Shown piece after piece: positions 26,157 to 36,351 of a stretch of 64,000 nt of DNA; within the stretch, counting starts at the first letter, position 1; each line of letters opens with the position of its first letter. This DNA comes from Burkholderiaceae bacterium. Its GTDB lineage: Bacteria > Pseudomonadota > Gammaproteobacteria > Burkholderiales > Burkholderiaceae. The position numbers and the translations under genes are program-made. Where the stretch lies: contig CANFME010000001.1 in the NCBI GenBank assembly GCA_947448305.1, forward strand, positions 2,030-66,029, written 5' to 3'. The notes beneath the pieces were generated by a model that worked only from the letters and a program-made list of their open reading frames with translations, did not search any database and was not told where the DNA came from.

Positions 26157-26360
26157 CTTTTCAAAATAATTTATTTCAATTGATTTTTACACAAATCTCA
26201 AAGCAATTAATTTTTTTAGATTAACTTAGGCAATTCACTCTGTTTTTTAAAATAGGCGAAGTTAGGTCAAGCATGGGGATAATTCATCCCATATCGGGAA
26301 TGTGCTGTGCTAAGTGGTTTATTATTGTGAGCTTGAGACAAATTTTTTTAAGGATGAATC

Positions 26361-27056
26361 ATGAATTATGTGTTTAACCCAGAAGCCATTCCAAGTGTGC
26401 CAGTAAAAGGTACGGATGCTTCCTACGCAGTTTCTAGAATTTTTTGTGTTGGTCGTAATTATGCGGCGCATGCTAGAGAAATGGGCTTTGATCCAGATCG
26501 TGAACCACCTTTTTATTTTATGAAACCAGCAAACGCAATTGTTCTGAGCCCAGCAATAACCCCTTATGCCCTGAGCACAAATAACTTACATTATGAAATG
26601 GAGTTAGTGATTGCCATTGGTAAGCCTGCTTTTAGAGTGGCTGTTGAAGATGCAGAAGATTGTGTCTATGGTTACGCCTCTGGCTTAGACATGACTCGTC
26701 GTGACCTCCAAATTGCAAGTCGTGAGATGGGACGTCCTTGGGATTTTGGTAAGGCTTTTGAAGACTCTGCTGTCATCACTGAAATTATCCCTAAATCAGT
26801 GACAGGTCCACTTAATAACGGCAAGATTGAATTGACTGTAAATGGTCAAGTCAAACAATCCTCTGATCTGAATGCCTTGATTTGGAGTGTTGCAGAAGTA
26901 ATTTCAAATTTATCCCAGTTTTACCACCTTAAAGAGGGTGACTTGATTTATACAGGAACTCCCGAAGGTGTTGGCAAAGTAGAGGTGGGTGATCATCTAG
27001 TGGGTACGATAGATCATTTACCAACCCTTGAACTTACTATTGGACCAAAGCAATAA
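26361..27056 (+). CDS. Fumarylacetoacetate hydrolase (FAH) family protein
   Basis: RIFCVGRNYAAHAREMG and GDLIYTGTPEGVG motifs. AGGA lies 6 nt upstream of the ATG. Confidence 0.85.
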   Translation: MNYVFNPEAIPSVPVKGTDASYAVSRIFCVGRNYAAHAREMGFDPDREPPFYFMKPANAIVLSPAITPYALSTNNLHYEMELVIAIGKPAFRVAVEDAEDCVYGYASGLDMTRRDLQIASREMGRPWDFGKAFEDSAVITEIIPKSVTGPLNNGKIELTVNGQVKQSSDLNALIWSVAEVISNLSQFYHLKEGDLIYTGTPEGVGKVEVGDHLVGTIDHLPTLELTIGPKQ

Positions 27057-27065
27057 AAAATTTCT

Positions 27066-27743
27066 ATGATAAATAAAGTTTCTGTAGACATGGACCAGCT
27101 CTTTGCTGGTCTCAAAGATGGTGCGACCATCATGATCGGTGGTTTCGGTGGATCTGGTATTCCGCATGAACTGATTGAGGGTTTAGTGGGTCAAAATGCT
27201 AAAGACTTGGTGATCATTACGAATAACGCCGGTAGTGGAGAAACAGGTATCGCAGCTTTATTAAAGGCGCGTAGAGTCAGAAAAATTATTTGCTCTTATC
27301 CACGCATGGCCGATTCTTACGTATTTGATAATCTCTTTAAAGCTAAACAAATTGAGTTGGAATTAACCCCTCAGGGTAATTTGGCGGAGAGAATCAGAGC
27401 AGAGGGTTCAGGTTTAGGTGGGTTTTTTACGCAAACCGCCTATGGCACTTTACTCGCAGAGGGTAAAGAAACTAGACTGATCAATGGCAAAAACTATGTC
27501 TTTGAAACCCCTTTAAGTGCAGATTTTGCCCTAATTAAAGGTGACAAAGGCGATCGTTGGGGTAATTTAGTCTATCGAAAAGCTTCTAGAAATTTTGGTC
27601 CAATCATGGCGATGGCTGCAAAAAATACAATTGCCCAAGTTAATCACGTAGTAGAACTTGGCGAACTTGATCCAGAAACTGTTGTGACACCCGGTATTTT
27701 TGTCAAATACGTTGTGCCAATGGGCAATAAAGGGGAAAAATAA
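27066..27743 (+). CDS. 3-oxoacid CoA-transferase subunit A
   Basis: IMIGGFGGSGIPHEL N-terminal motif. The stop abuts the subunit B start. Confidence 0.9.
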   Translation: MINKVSVDMDQLFAGLKDGATIMIGGFGGSGIPHELIEGLVGQNAKDLVIITNNAGSGETGIAALLKARRVRKIICSYPRMADSYVFDNLFKAKQIELELTPQGNLAERIRAEGSGLGGFFTQTAYGTLLAEGKETRLINGKNYVFETPLSADFALIKGDKGDRWGNLVYRKASRNFGPIMAMAAKNTIAQVNHVVELGELDPETVVTPGIFVKYVVPMGNKGEK

Positions 27744-28408
27744 TGACTCAACCAACAGAACTATCTTCATTAAAGCCAGTCACTCGTAATGAAGTCGCTG
27801 CCAAAATTGCTTCCTACATACCAGAAGGTGCCTATGTGAACTTAGGGATTGGTATGCCAACTATCGTCGCAAATTACTTACCGGCAGATAAAGAAATATT
27901 TTTACATTCCGAGAATGGTATTTTAGGTATGGGGCCTGCACCAGCAAAGGGTGAAGAAGATTGGGATTTGATTAATGCAGGTAAACAGCCAGTAACCTTG
28001 CTCACTGGTGGTTCCTATTTTCATCAGGCTGATTCCTTTGCCATTATGCGTGGGGGGCATTTAGACATTTGCGTATTGGGTGCCTATCAAGTTTCAGAGT
28101 CTGGGGATTTAGCCAATTGGCATACAGGTGATGCTGATGCCATTCCTGCGGTAGGTGGTGCGATGGATTTAGCCGTTGGCGCCAATAAGACCTTCGTGAT
28201 GATGGATCACTTAACTAAAGAAGGTAGTAGTAAATTAGTCCAAAAATGTGCCTATCCGCTTACAGGCGTTGCTTGTGTAGCGATGATTTTTACTGATCTA
28301 GGTGTTTTTGAAGTAGTCCCTGGAGGATTACTCGTCAAAGAAATTTTTAATGATATGTCCTTTGAGTTATTGCAATCTGTCACAGATGCGAAACTCTTAA
28401 AAAATTAA
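27743..28408 (+). CDS. 3-oxoacid CoA-transferase subunit B
   Basis: SENGILGMGP motif carrying the catalytic glutamate. Confidence 0.9.
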   Translation: MTQPTELSSLKPVTRNEVAAKIASYIPEGAYVNLGIGMPTIVANYLPADKEIFLHSENGILGMGPAPAKGEEDWDLINAGKQPVTLLTGGSYFHQADSFAIMRGGHLDICVLGAYQVSESGDLANWHTGDADAIPAVGGAMDLAVGANKTFVMMDHLTKEGSSKLVQKCAYPLTGVACVAMIFTDLGVFEVVPGGLLVKEIFNDMSFELLQSVTDAKLLKN

Positions 28409-28420
28409 GGGGTAGTTAAA

Positions 28421-29641
28421 TTGTCAAATGAATTAAAACCAAATGTAGCTTATATTTGTGATGCTATTAGAACGCCAATCGGTCGATATGCCGGGTCATT
28501 ATCGAGTGTCAGAACTGATGATTTAGGTGCTGTACCGATCAAGGCCTTAATACAGCGTAATCCTCAAGTTGATTGGACTAAAGTTGATGAGGTGGTTTAC
28601 GGTAATGCAAACCAAGCTGGTGAAGATAATCGAAATGTAGCAAGGATGAGCTCGTTATTAGCTGGTTTACCAGTTGAAGTTCCAGGCTCAACAGTAAATC
28701 GCTTATGCGGTTCTGGGATGGACGCCATAGGGGTCGTATCTCGAGGCATTATTTCTGGCCAAATCCATTTAGGTATAGCTGGTGGAGTCGAGAGTATGAG
28801 TCGTGCTCCATTTGTTATGCCTAAGGCTGACACGGCTTTTTCTAGAAGTAATCAAGTGTTCGATACAACTATTGGCTGGCGCTTTATTAATCCGCTAATG
28901 AAACAATTGCACGGTGTTGATTCAATGCCAGAAACAGCTGAAAACGTCGCTGGAGATTTTAATATTTCAAGAGCAGATCAAGATGCTTTTGCATTAAGAT
29001 CCCAGGCAAAGGCATCTGAAGCACAACAAAATGGCCGCCTTGCTCTAGAAATTACCCCAGTAACGATTCCCTCAAAAAAAGGTGAACCAGTTGTTGTTAG
29101 TCAAGATGAACATCCAAGAGCAACCACGATTGAGGCATTACAAAAATTAAAACCGATTGTCAAACCTGATGGTACGGTTACTGCCGGTAACGCATCTGGT
29201 GTCAATGACGGTGCTTGTGCCATATTGATTGCCTCTGCTGATGCTGTGGAGCAGTTTCAACTTAAACCTAGGGCTAAAATCTTAGGTCTTGCCACAGCTG
29301 GTGTTCCCCCTCGAATCATGGGGTTTGGACCGGCTCCAGCGAGTAAAAAAGTATTGAATATGTTGGGACTCGATATTTCACAGATGGATGTGATTGAACT
29401 CAATGAAGCGTTTGCTTCCCAAGGTCTAGCAACTCTCAGAGATCTTGGTGTTGCCGATGATGATGCGCGCGTCAATCCTAATGGTGGAGCAATTGCTTTA
29501 GGTCATCCACTAGGCATGAGTGGAGCAAGACTAGTCACTACAGCACTCTATGAGCTTGAACGTAAGGACGGTAGGTATGCTCTTTGCACGATGTGTATAG
29601 GGGTAGGTCAAGGTATTGCTATAGTGATTGAACGCGTTTAG
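28421..29641 (+). CDS. Acetyl-CoA C-acyltransferase / 3-oxoadipyl-CoA thiolase
   Basis: VNRLCGSGMDA (active Cys), NPNGGAIALGHPLGMSG and CIGVGQG. TTG start with AAGGGG 7 nt upstream; no in-frame ATG nearby. Confidence 0.9.
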   Translation: MSNELKPNVAYICDAIRTPIGRYAGSLSSVRTDDLGAVPIKALIQRNPQVDWTKVDEVVYGNANQAGEDNRNVARMSSLLAGLPVEVPGSTVNRLCGSGMDAIGVVSRGIISGQIHLGIAGGVESMSRAPFVMPKADTAFSRSNQVFDTTIGWRFINPLMKQLHGVDSMPETAENVAGDFNISRADQDAFALRSQAKASEAQQNGRLALEITPVTIPSKKGEPVVVSQDEHPRATTIEALQKLKPIVKPDGTVTAGNASGVNDGACAILIASADAVEQFQLKPRAKILGLATAGVPPRIMGFGPAPASKKVLNMLGLDISQMDVIELNEAFASQGLATLRDLGVADDDARVNPNGGAIALGHPLGMSGARLVTTALYELERKDGRYALCTMCIGVGQGIAIVIERV

Positions 29642-29652
29642 TTAGCCTTTTG

Positions 29653-30357
29653 ATGATGGATACATCCCAAGTAACGAAGGTTGTTGATGAGGTAATGCAA
29701 TTACGGCGTTCGGTAAGAGGGTTTTTATCAACGCCAATTCCTCGTCAAATGATTGAGGACATTCTGCAAGTCTCTTCTAAAGCACCCTCCGGGTCCAATA
29801 TCCAACCATGGAAGGTTTATGTTTTATCGGGTGCAAAAAAACAAGAAATTACTAATGCTGTTTTAGAAATTTTTAATGACCCTGATAAAAATATACAGCA
29901 TCGTCCAGAGTATATTTACTATCCTAAAAATTGGACAGAGCCTTTTTTGAGTCGAAGAAGGAAAGTGGGTTATGACCTCTACGCTCTTGCCGGAATTGAA
30001 CGTGGTGAACACCAAAAAATGCATCAGTTACATGCCAAAAATTATGAATTTTTTGGTGCACCTGTCGCTTTGATGTTAACCATTCCTAGGGTTATGGAGC
30101 AAGGGAGTTGGCTTGACTACGGGATGTTTGTACAAAATATTTTGATTGCAGCAACTGCTAGAGGTCTTGCAAGTTGCCCTCAAGCAGCCTTTATTTCTTA
30201 TCACAAAGTCATCACTGATATCTTAGAAATTCCAGAGGATGAGCAATATGTGATGTCGATTAGCCTGGGATATGAAGATACTTCTGCAACTGTAAATCAA
30301 CTAGTTACTGAGCGTGCTGAACTCAAAGACTTTGTAAAGTTCTTTGATGAAACCTAA
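29653..30357 (+). CDS. Nitroreductase family protein
   Basis: RRSVRGF and PSGSNIQPW motifs. The track start at 29650 is TTG, immediately followed by two ATGs. Confidence 0.8.
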   Translation: MMDTSQVTKVVDEVMQLRRSVRGFLSTPIPRQMIEDILQVSSKAPSGSNIQPWKVYVLSGAKKQEITNAVLEIFNDPDKNIQHRPEYIYYPKNWTEPFLSRRRKVGYDLYALAGIERGEHQKMHQLHAKNYEFFGAPVALMLTIPRVMEQGSWLDYGMFVQNILIAATARGLASCPQAAFISYHKVITDILEIPEDEQYVMSISLGYEDTSATVNQLVTERAELKDFVKFFDET

Positions 30358-30366
30358 TTTGTTTAA

Positions 30367-31698
30367 CTAAGTTTTCTCGTTAGCCTTGATATCGAGACTT
30401 TTTAAAAACTGCATTTTTTCTTGAATTTGTTTCTCTAGACCTCGGTCTGTTGGTTGATACCAATTCGGAGCCGTCATGTTTTTAGGGAGGTAGTTCTCTC
30501 CTGCTGCATATGCGTTTGGCTCATCATGGGCATACCGATAGGCATGACCATAGCCTAATTCTTTCATTAATTTGGTTGGTGCATTGCGTAGATGGATTGG
30601 TACCTCTTTAGTCTGATCATTCTGAACAAATGCTTTGGCAGCATTAAAAGCTTTATAACCAGCATTGCTTTTTGCTGCCATGGATAAGTAAATGACAGCT
30701 TGTCCCAAAGCGAGTTCTCCCTCTGGTGCTCCCAATCTTTCAAACGTGCTAATCGCATCATTGGCTATTTGAATAGCTCTTGGGTCGGCCAGTCCAATAT
30801 CTTCCCAAGCCATTCTGACAATTCGTCTAGCTAGATAGAGCGGGTCTGCTCCGCCGTCTAGCATTCTGCAAAGCCAGTAAAGGGCCGCATCAGGATTAGA
30901 TCCTCTAACTGATTTATGTAAGGCAGAAATTTGATCATAAAAATATTCTCCTCCATGATCAAATCTTCGACTTTTAGTACTGAGGAGGTTTTCTGCAAAA
31001 GCTAAGGTAATGACTTGTAAATTTTTAGTAACTGCTGCTTGCAGGATTTGTTCAGTAAGATTTAAAAAACGCCTGGCATCACCATCAGCAAATGCACAGA
31101 TCATCGTCACAGCCTCCTGATCCCATGTAATATCAAGATTTACGAAGCCTTTAACTTTTTCTAATAGTTTTAGCATATCGTCTTGGTTCAACGATTTTAA
31201 GACGTAGGTTTGAGCTCTCGAAAGAAGCGCAGAATTGACTTCAAAAGAGGGATTTTCAGTCGTAGCACCAATGAAAGTGATTAGTCCTGACTCTACAAAT
31301 GGTAATAAAGCATCTTGTTGCCCCTTATTAAAACGATGAATCTCATCAACAAAAAGTAAGGTTCTAGTACCAAATTGTGCAAGATTTTGTTCAGCCTGTT
31401 CAATGGCTTGACGGATTTCTTTTACCCCCGCAAGTACGGCTGATATTGAAATAAAATCACAGTCAAAATACGCTGCCATTAACCTAGCGAGACTGGTTTT
31501 ACCGACACCTGGAGGACCCCATAAGATCATAGAATGGGGTTTTCTAGATTCAAATGCGAGTTGAAGTGGCTTTCCAGATCCTAATAAATGATCCTGACCA
31601 ACAACATCTACAATCGATTTTGGCCGAAGTGCTTCTGCGAGGGGAATCGCTGGCCATTGACTGGTTTGTAAAAGGGTAGACTTCTGTAATTTAGACAT
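30367..31698 (-). CDS. rarA: Replication-associated recombination protein A (AAA+ ATPase)
   Basis: Walker [13 protein letters not shown] and Walker [12 protein letters not shown], with a MgsA C-terminal region. Confidence 0.9.
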   Translation of the reverse strand: MSKLQKSTLLQTSQWPAIPLAEALRPKSIVDVVGQDHLLGSGKPLQLAFESRKPHSMILWGPPGVGKTSLARLMAAYFDCDFISISAVLAGVKEIRQAIEQAEQNLAQFGTRTLLFVDEIHRFNKGQQDALLPFVESGLITFIGATTENPSFEVNSALLSRAQTYVLKSLNQDDMLKLLEKVKGFVNLDITWDQEAVTMICAFADGDARRFLNLTEQILQAAVTKNLQVITLAFAENLLSTKSRRFDHGGEYFYDQISALHKSVRGSNPDAALYWLCRMLDGGADPLYLARRIVRMAWEDIGLADPRAIQIANDAISTFERLGAPEGELALGQAVIYLSMAAKSNAGYKAFNAAKAFVQNDQTKEVPIHLRNAPTKLMKELGYGHAYRYAHDEPNAYAAGENYLPKNMTAPNWYQPTDRGLEKQIQEKMQFLKSLDIKANEKT

Positions 31699-31844
31699 GA
31701 TGTGCGTAAAAAACCTTTCGATTTATAATACTAGGATATACGAACTTTTCTCTATTGTGAAAAGTAGGTGATTAGCCTTCTCGTCAGTCTAACTAAATGG
31801 CTTGATGGTCTTTTTTACTTTGCTTTTAACTCTTTACAAAACAC

Positions 31845-32765
31845 ATGAATCTACCTACTTCAAATCCAACTTCTCCAAATCAAAGCCTAACCGTTGAAAA
31901 TATTCAGCATTCCGGATATATCTTAACGATTTCTTGTCCTGATCGACCTGGAATTGTCCACGCTGTGAGTGAGTTTTTGCATTTGAAGGGTGCGAATATT
32001 CTTGATTCAGCCCAATTCAGTGATACTTTCACCGGTCGTTTTTTTATGCGGGTTCATTTTATTGAAGCCGAACCGAGCGTTACCTTGGCTAGACTTGAGG
32101 ATGACTTTGCGGTTATCGCTAGACGTTTCTTTATGGATAGCCATTTTTACGATGCACAAAAAAAACCTAAAGTGTTAGTAATGGTTTCGAAGTTTGGACA
32201 TTGCTTAAATGATTTATTGTTCAGAAGTAACAGTGGCAGCCTACCAATTGATATTCAAGGGATCGGCTCTAACCATCATGATTTTGCAGAGTTAGCCAAG
32301 TCCTACAAAGTTCCCTTTCATTATTTTCCAATCAGTTCATCACAAGATGAAAAAAAATCAGATCAAGAAGATCGTTTATTAGAATTAATTGAAAAAGAAA
32401 AATTTGATTTAGTTGTTCTAGCCAGATATATGCAGATTTTGTCGACTAAATTATGTGAGAAATTAACCGGTAAAGTCATCAATATTCATCATTCATTTTT
32501 ACCCAGTTTCAAGGGGGCGAAACCTTATTGGCAAGCTCATCAACGAGGCGTGAAATTGATCGGTGCCACCGCGCATTATGTTACTTCTGATTTAGATGAA
32601 GGACCCATCATTGAACAGGAAGTGCAACGCGTTAATCACTCCATGGATCCTGATCAATTAGCTGCTGCAGGGCGTGATGCCGAATGTATGGCTTTAGCCA
32701 GAGCCGTAAGGTGGCATGCCGAGCACCGAATTCTTCTGAATGGGAAAAGTACCATCATTTTCTAG
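31845..32765 (+). CDS. purU: Formyltetrahydrofolate deformylase
   Basis: N-terminal ACT domain plus formyltransferase motifs INIHHSFLPSFKGAKPY and GATAHYVTSDLDEGPII. Confidence 0.9.
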   Translation: MNLPTSNPTSPNQSLTVENIQHSGYILTISCPDRPGIVHAVSEFLHLKGANILDSAQFSDTFTGRFFMRVHFIEAEPSVTLARLEDDFAVIARRFFMDSHFYDAQKKPKVLVMVSKFGHCLNDLLFRSNSGSLPIDIQGIGSNHHDFAELAKSYKVPFHYFPISSSQDEKKSDQEDRLLELIEKEKFDLVVLARYMQILSTKLCEKLTGKVINIHHSFLPSFKGAKPYWQAHQRGVKLIGATAHYVTSDLDEGPIIEQEVQRVNHSMDPDQLAAAGRDAECMALARAVRWHAEHRILLNGKSTIIF

Positions 32766-32872
32766 AATTTACCAATAGAAAAAATGTACTGCCTTAGTAG
32801 TCAAAATACCCCCAACTTCATTATTTATAAAAAGTTTGGTATAAATGAAGTATCTCCAAAATTTTAAAAATC

Positions 32873-33649
32873 ATGCTCATTGTTCTATCACCTGCTAAAA
32901 CTTTGGATTTCGAGTCACCAATGCTCGACGTTCCCACTACTTTGCCTGCTTACATTGATCAGTCTGCAGTACTAGTTAATCAATTAAAAAAGTTTTCTCC
33001 TCTTGAAATCTCCAAGTTGATGGATATTTCAGATAAGCTTGGCACTTTAAATGCAGTGAGGTTCTCTTCGTGGCAAAAAAACTTTTCAAGTGAAAATAGT
33101 AGACCCGCAATTTTTGCTTTTAATGGAGATGTATACGAGGGGCTAAATGCTAGTTCACTCAATAAAAAGCAACTTAAATTCGCCCAAGAGCACATTAGAA
33201 TCCTATCTGGTTTGTATGGCATTTTAAAACCACTGGACTTAATGCAACCTTACAGATTAGAAATGGGAACTTCCCTGGTCAATAAAGCCGGTAAAGATTT
33301 GTATGCCTTTTGGCGAAGCAAGTTAACTGCTGATATGAAAGGTGAGTTGGCTAGTCAGAAGCATCAGTTTTTAATTAATTTAGCATCTGAGGAGTACTTT
33401 AAAGTTCTTGATATTAAAGGGCTTGGATATCCAGTTATTTCACCTGTTTTCTTGGATGAAAAAGAAGGTAAATATAAGATTATTTCTTTCTATGCGAAGA
33501 AAGCCAGAGGATTAATGGCGCGATTTATTATTGATCAACGAGTGAAGTCTCCTGCAGAGTTGATTCAATTTGACTATGAAGGATATGAATATTCCGAGCT
33601 GGAATCTACTTCGATTCGACCAGTTTTTAAGCGTAAAGCAACTTTATAG
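32873..33649 (+). CDS. yaaA: Peroxide stress protein YaaA (DUF328)
   Basis: MLIVLSPAKTLDFE N-terminus; 258 aa. Confidence 0.85.
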   Translation: MLIVLSPAKTLDFESPMLDVPTTLPAYIDQSAVLVNQLKKFSPLEISKLMDISDKLGTLNAVRFSSWQKNFSSENSRPAIFAFNGDVYEGLNASSLNKKQLKFAQEHIRILSGLYGILKPLDLMQPYRLEMGTSLVNKAGKDLYAFWRSKLTADMKGELASQKHQFLINLASEEYFKVLDIKGLGYPVISPVFLDEKEGKYKIISFYAKKARGLMARFIIDQRVKSPAELIQFDYEGYEYSELESTSIRPVFKRKATL

Positions 33650-33655
33650 GGGCTA

Positions 33656-34870
33656 ATGATGAGTACTTCAAGAATACGCAATAAAGCAAGAACCTCCCCA
33701 GAGGTCGAAAAGCTGGTTTCCGAAGTATTAGCTTTGGCATCTTCAGGAAGTAAAGTAGAAGATATTTTTTGGGAAAGTAAAATATTTGAAAGACTCTCCA
33801 GACTCCTAAAAGGGCATTATCAAACTGTTATAGATAGCGCACTGGATATTTCTTTCAAAAGCCAAACAACGGCTTTTGAAATCCTAGCCGATGCTGCAGA
33901 AACTGCTGCCGAGTCTTTTATTTATGAGTTTGATGGCAAATCGTATGAGGTATTACTAATTTCTTTACCCATCATCGCTCAAACAAAATATACCATTCCC
34001 TTTGGTGCCATCTCTACTAATATTGCAGCAACCATTGTTGATTGTTTAAGTGATTGCGTGATTGCTGATAACGTGAAGTTAAGTATTGCTCCATGGCTTT
34101 ACAGTATTGATCAAATTCCTCAGTCACATTCCCAAACGCGCCAATTGCTTGAGAAAATGGCAACCTGTGCCGTTGAGCAAACAGACCTAACCTATGATTT
34201 AAAAGAGATGCCAGACACTATAGCTGTTTTAGCTGATCCTCGCTTTATTTTATGTGCTATTGCGACCGAAAAAGGTCAACCATTCTTTGTCTGGCAAGAG
34301 GAAGAAGCAGAGCGGATTGAGCGCTCCCAAAGCTTAAAGAACCTTCAAGAAATGATTCAACCAACCCTTGTCACTTTACTACCGGGTTGTGAATTTGAAG
34401 TGATGTTACCCGACGCTTTTTATACAAATTGCCGAGACGCAGATAAACGGGTTCGCCCGCTTAGCCTGAAAGCTGCAGTCAATTATTTGGAAACATCCTT
34501 AGGTTTGAAGCCTTCAGAGTTATCTTGCATCGTTGCTCCATTTGGGGCCGAAATCGCAGATGAGTTCAGGATTTCTTTTGCAATAAAAGGCCACCCAGAC
34601 ATCATCTATGGAGTTGTTTGGCCATTGTTTGATCGTGAGTCCGTATCTAGTGAGGATATTGAAGCGGGAGGGGATCGGGATGCGACGATTCAATTGATCT
34701 CTTCTACCTTAGTTGAAGCTGGAGTAGGGGACGTATTTAAACACGCAATGTTGTTTACGCCTGAAATGTGTGAAGACTGCGGAGTACCTTTGTTCCCAAA
34801 TCGCTCAGCGGAAGTTGTTCATGCGCAAATGCCGATTGACACACCTGCCCAGCAAATCTTATTTCACTAA
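33656..34870 (+). CDS. Conserved hypothetical protein (possibly DUF2863 family)
   Basis: 404-aa ORF with good coding appearance, 6 nt after yaaA. No catalytic motif recognised; the family name is from memory only. Confidence 0.5.
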   Translation: MMSTSRIRNKARTSPEVEKLVSEVLALASSGSKVEDIFWESKIFERLSRLLKGHYQTVIDSALDISFKSQTTAFEILADAAETAAESFIYEFDGKSYEVLLISLPIIAQTKYTIPFGAISTNIAATIVDCLSDCVIADNVKLSIAPWLYSIDQIPQSHSQTRQLLEKMATCAVEQTDLTYDLKEMPDTIAVLADPRFILCAIATEKGQPFFVWQEEEAERIERSQSLKNLQEMIQPTLVTLLPGCEFEVMLPDAFYTNCRDADKRVRPLSLKAAVNYLETSLGLKPSELSCIVAPFGAEIADEFRISFAIKGHPDIIYGVVWPLFDRESVSSEDIEAGGDRDATIQLISSTLVEAGVGDVFKHAMLFTPEMCEDCGVPLFPNRSAEVVHAQMPIDTPAQQILFH

Positions 34871-34871
34871 T

Positions 34872-35360
34872 TTATTTCATCAAATCTTCTTGATTTTTAA
34901 TCGGTGCTTGCGCAGCAAGCTCAGGAGTTTTACAGTAATCAAGTACGCGCTGACCAAGCTTGAAGTCAAATAACATAGCCTTATCCGGTATTTCAATCCA
35001 ATTAAGGTTATAAGTATCATTGGTGTAACGTTGAACACCTCTTAAAGCGTCAATTTTATTCATGATGTAAAGTTTGTTTTTCCAAAGCAATAGATAACCC
35101 TGGGAAGATTCAGCTGTTTTCACGATAATATTATTTTCACATCTCCAAATGCTTGCGTCGACTAATTTAAGTTCGTCAAATTTCTTTGCATCTGTTTTGG
35201 CAAGTCCAGAAATATTTTTTGTAGGTTTTTGTTCAGCAGCTTGTGCGCTGATATGAAAAATAAAAACAGAAAAAGTAATAATAATTAAGATAAATAAAGG
35301 CTGAAAGATTTTTGAGTGATTTATGAATCGTTGTAAAACATTCAAATTTACTAAGGTCAT
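34872..35360 (-). CDS. Hypothetical exported protein (possible MliC/lipocalin-like fold)
   Basis: N-terminal hydrophobic segment FQPLFILIIITFSVFIFHISAQA. Two Cys (WRCENN...LDYC) bracket a beta-rich region. ATGA overlap with the upstream citE-like gene. Confidence 0.5.
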   Translation of the reverse strand: MTLVNLNVLQRFINHSKIFQPLFILIIITFSVFIFHISAQAAEQKPTKNISGLAKTDAKKFDELKLVDASIWRCENNIIVKTAESSQGYLLLWKNKLYIMNKIDALRGVQRYTNDTYNLNWIEIPDKAMLFDFKLGQRVLDYCKTPELAAQAPIKNQEDLMK

Positions 35361-36334
35361 TCAAACCATCCTAGATGTTCAATTGCGGTTAATTTCTTAA
35401 CATCTGTCTGATGTGCTTTTTGTAGAACCATCCAATAATATCTGAAACTTGCACGATCATGTAAGCGACCTTCATATTGAATTGGACCCCAATTTGCAGC
35501 TACTGCGCTAGTCAAAATATTAATTGCTTCAGAAATTTGTTGATCACTAGGGCTAAAAGCTTGGACGATGAGAGGGATCTGCATCGGGTGAATGCTCCAC
35601 TTGCGAGTGTATCCATAATGATTCTTCGCTTGTAAACTATCACTAGTTACCACATCTGCTGAGTGGATATTTGTACAAACATTGTGTGATGGAATTTTCC
35701 CATAGGTATGGCAAGCAGCCGATATTTCGCTCATTGCTCTTTTTACTAAAGGATGTTCAAACTGATCCTGTGCCATAGCGCTACTTGGGATCGCACCATA
35801 ATGACCAGATACAAAATCCATTAAGCCAAAACTTAAACATTCCACTTGAGGAATTGCAGCGATGTTGAAAACATCGGCAAGGGCTAGGTTTGTTTCGATT
35901 AAAACATGGATAGGGATTTTTTTGCCTGCCCCAAGATGTTGCGCATAATCATTAATCTTTCCAATTAATTCAATGGTTTGAGTCGCTGAATCAATTTTTG
36001 GGATGACTATGTATGCCACTTGACTACCTACAGCCTTGACAATTGTTTTTATATCATTAATAAAGTGTGGACTCTTCGGGTCATGTACCCGAACCCCGAT
36101 GCGGTTAAATTGATTTGCTGGGCTAGCAATTAACTGACACACTAAGTTGGCATGTTCAGACTCCTGACCAATGGGAGCGCCATCTTCTAAATCAAAAGTA
36201 ATGTCGAAGCAGGGCCCCATGTCATTCTGAAGTGTCATTGCCTTTTTCATGCGTAATTCGGTACCGCAATAATGATCACAAACTGGAATTGTCTTTGGGA
36301 CAACACCATCAAATAACACTTCAGAAGGAGTCAT
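35357..36334 (-). CDS. HpcH/HpaI aldolase / citrate lyase beta subunit-like (CitE family) protein
   Basis: 325 aa with the FDLEDGAP motif. It lies immediately downstream of mdh, as in other Burkholderiales. Confidence 0.75.
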   Translation of the reverse strand: MTPSEVLFDGVVPKTIPVCDHYCGTELRMKKAMTLQNDMGPCFDITFDLEDGAPIGQESEHANLVCQLIASPANQFNRIGVRVHDPKSPHFINDIKTIVKAVGSQVAYIVIPKIDSATQTIELIGKINDYAQHLGAGKKIPIHVLIETNLALADVFNIAAIPQVECLSFGLMDFVSGHYGAIPSSAMAQDQFEHPLVKRAMSEISAACHTYGKIPSHNVCTNIHSADVVTSDSLQAKNHYGYTRKWSIHPMQIPLIVQAFSPSDQQISEAINILTSAVAANWGPIQYEGRLHDRASFRYYWMVLQKAHQTDVKKLTAIEHLGWFE

Positions 36335-36351
36335 GGAGTACCTTTAATTAA

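Noticed and set aside
31699-31844. A possible ZTP (pfl) or other riboswitch in the purU leader.
   Set aside because: I could not find the conserved GGGUC / CCGCCUGGGC-type elements or any GC-rich pseudoknot-capable segments. The spacer is simply AT-rich.
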